NCBI GenBank assembly: GCA_030390025.1
Contig: CM059451.1
Span: 21,204,001-21,268,000, forward strand
Reading direction: 5' to 3'
Source: Squalus acanthias
Lineage: Eukaryota
DNA length: 64,000 nucleotides
This document shows, piece after piece, positions 63,066-64,000 of the stretch. Under the pieces are notes generated by a model. It searched no databases. It was not told the DNA's origin and was given only the letters and a program-made list of their open reading frames with translations. A program made the position numbers and the translations under genes. The first letter of the stretch is position 1. Each line of letters opens with the position of its first letter.

Positions 63066-64000
63066 TTTCAAATAAAACTGTTGGACTATAACCTGGTGTT
63101 GTGCGACTTCTCACTTTTGTCCACCCCAGTCCAACACCGGCATCTCCGCATCTATAGTGAATGGCAGAGGGATATGAATTCTCACGACACACTGGGCCAA
63201 TTAGTGCAATAAGAAGGTCCCATTGTTTTGTGCTTTTGAAGACCAACTCTTATCTAGGTTTAGCACATAAGCTATGAGTTCTAGGCTTTTGAACTGTAAG
63301 TGTCCATTGGAACCAGAGGACAATTCAACATGGAGCAGATAGAAGATATGGTTTGAGACCTCATTCTGAATTCAGGGGGACTGTGTGGTGCAAGAGGTTA
63401 GCGCACTGTCCTTTCACCTAGTTCACTCCTAGCTCAGCAGCAAGGGCCAACATGAAATCAGTTTGGGCAATGTCAATCCAGGTCCGAGTACGCATGGGCC
63501 CACAACACAAAATTGCCTCTAAGTTAGCAACGTCACGCAGAGATGTCACGAGAATGGGCTGGCGTAGGAAATGAAAAGTGTCACAGTGGTGTGGTTGCAG
63601 CTGTCCTTCTGATGCTTGGCAAGAGTGACAAAAAATGTTAACCAACAGTTTTAAAGCATAAAACAGGGTAGTGAGGGATGATTGAGAGCACCAGTAACCA
63701 GATACTTTCCTTTATAATATTTAGGGTTCTTCAGCAGACTATGTTTGCCCTTTAAGTATGGGAGCAGTGCTGGGATTGGTCTGTGTTTCCTGCTCAGTCA
63801 CTAAAATCAGATCACATTTAATGGGTTATTTTACTAATTCGTGCTCCCACCATGGAGCTCTGGAGAGCGAGAGTGCGTGTCGGGAATTCAGGCAGGCAGG
63901 CAGTCCCCAAGACTGCCCATTCTAGATAGACGGTGCTGGGGAACGGGCGTCTGGATTCCCGCGACACACTGGGGCCAGGCGAAGCGCCATGATGGGAGCA

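Larger units (their letters stand above)
62930..63150. mobile_element. Palindromic Penelope-terminus-like element with TSD, hammerhead motif on both strands
   Basis: Hairpin 62935-63113 centred on GTC|GAC with one bulge; direct repeat TCTATAGTGAAT at 62918-62929 and 63151-63162. Confidence 0.8.

Noticed and set aside
63375-63430. LF-SINE-like head
   Set aside because: Only ~50 nt of weak recalled similarity, with no body recognised.
1-64000. Most short six-frame ORFs; CRISPR arrays or operons
   Set aside because: Vertebrate DNA. The ORFs are chance frames, antisense shadows of exons or repeat-derived, and no repeat-spacer array is present.

Overview
Eukaryotic, intron-rich genomic DNA, almost certainly from a cartilaginous fish (HE1-like V-SINE, SacSINE1-like Deu-SINEs, CR1/HER1-type LINEs). 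Two + strand genes can be spliced from the sequence. (1) A TROAP/tastin ortholog with 14 coding exons (8966-40354, about 794 aa if exon 5 ends at 21187; that junction is unresolved), a CpG/CCAAT/TCTCGCGAGA promoter and a polyA signal at 42107. (2) The first three coding exons of an aquaporin-14-type channel (54634-62830), continuing beyond the window. Possible last exons of an upstream gene lie at 1.3-2.1 kb. Most of the remainder is transposon debris: SINEs, CR1/L2 LINEs, Harbinger transposase and Myb remnants, hAT and other MITEs. The most striking non-genic structures are two ~220-bp palindromic elements of different sequence (32378-32606, 62930-63150). Each is flanked by a target-site duplication and encodes a minimal Penelope-type hammerhead ribozyme on both strands. 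Gene and repeat family names rest on recalled similarity, not database searches; repeat boundaries are approximate.
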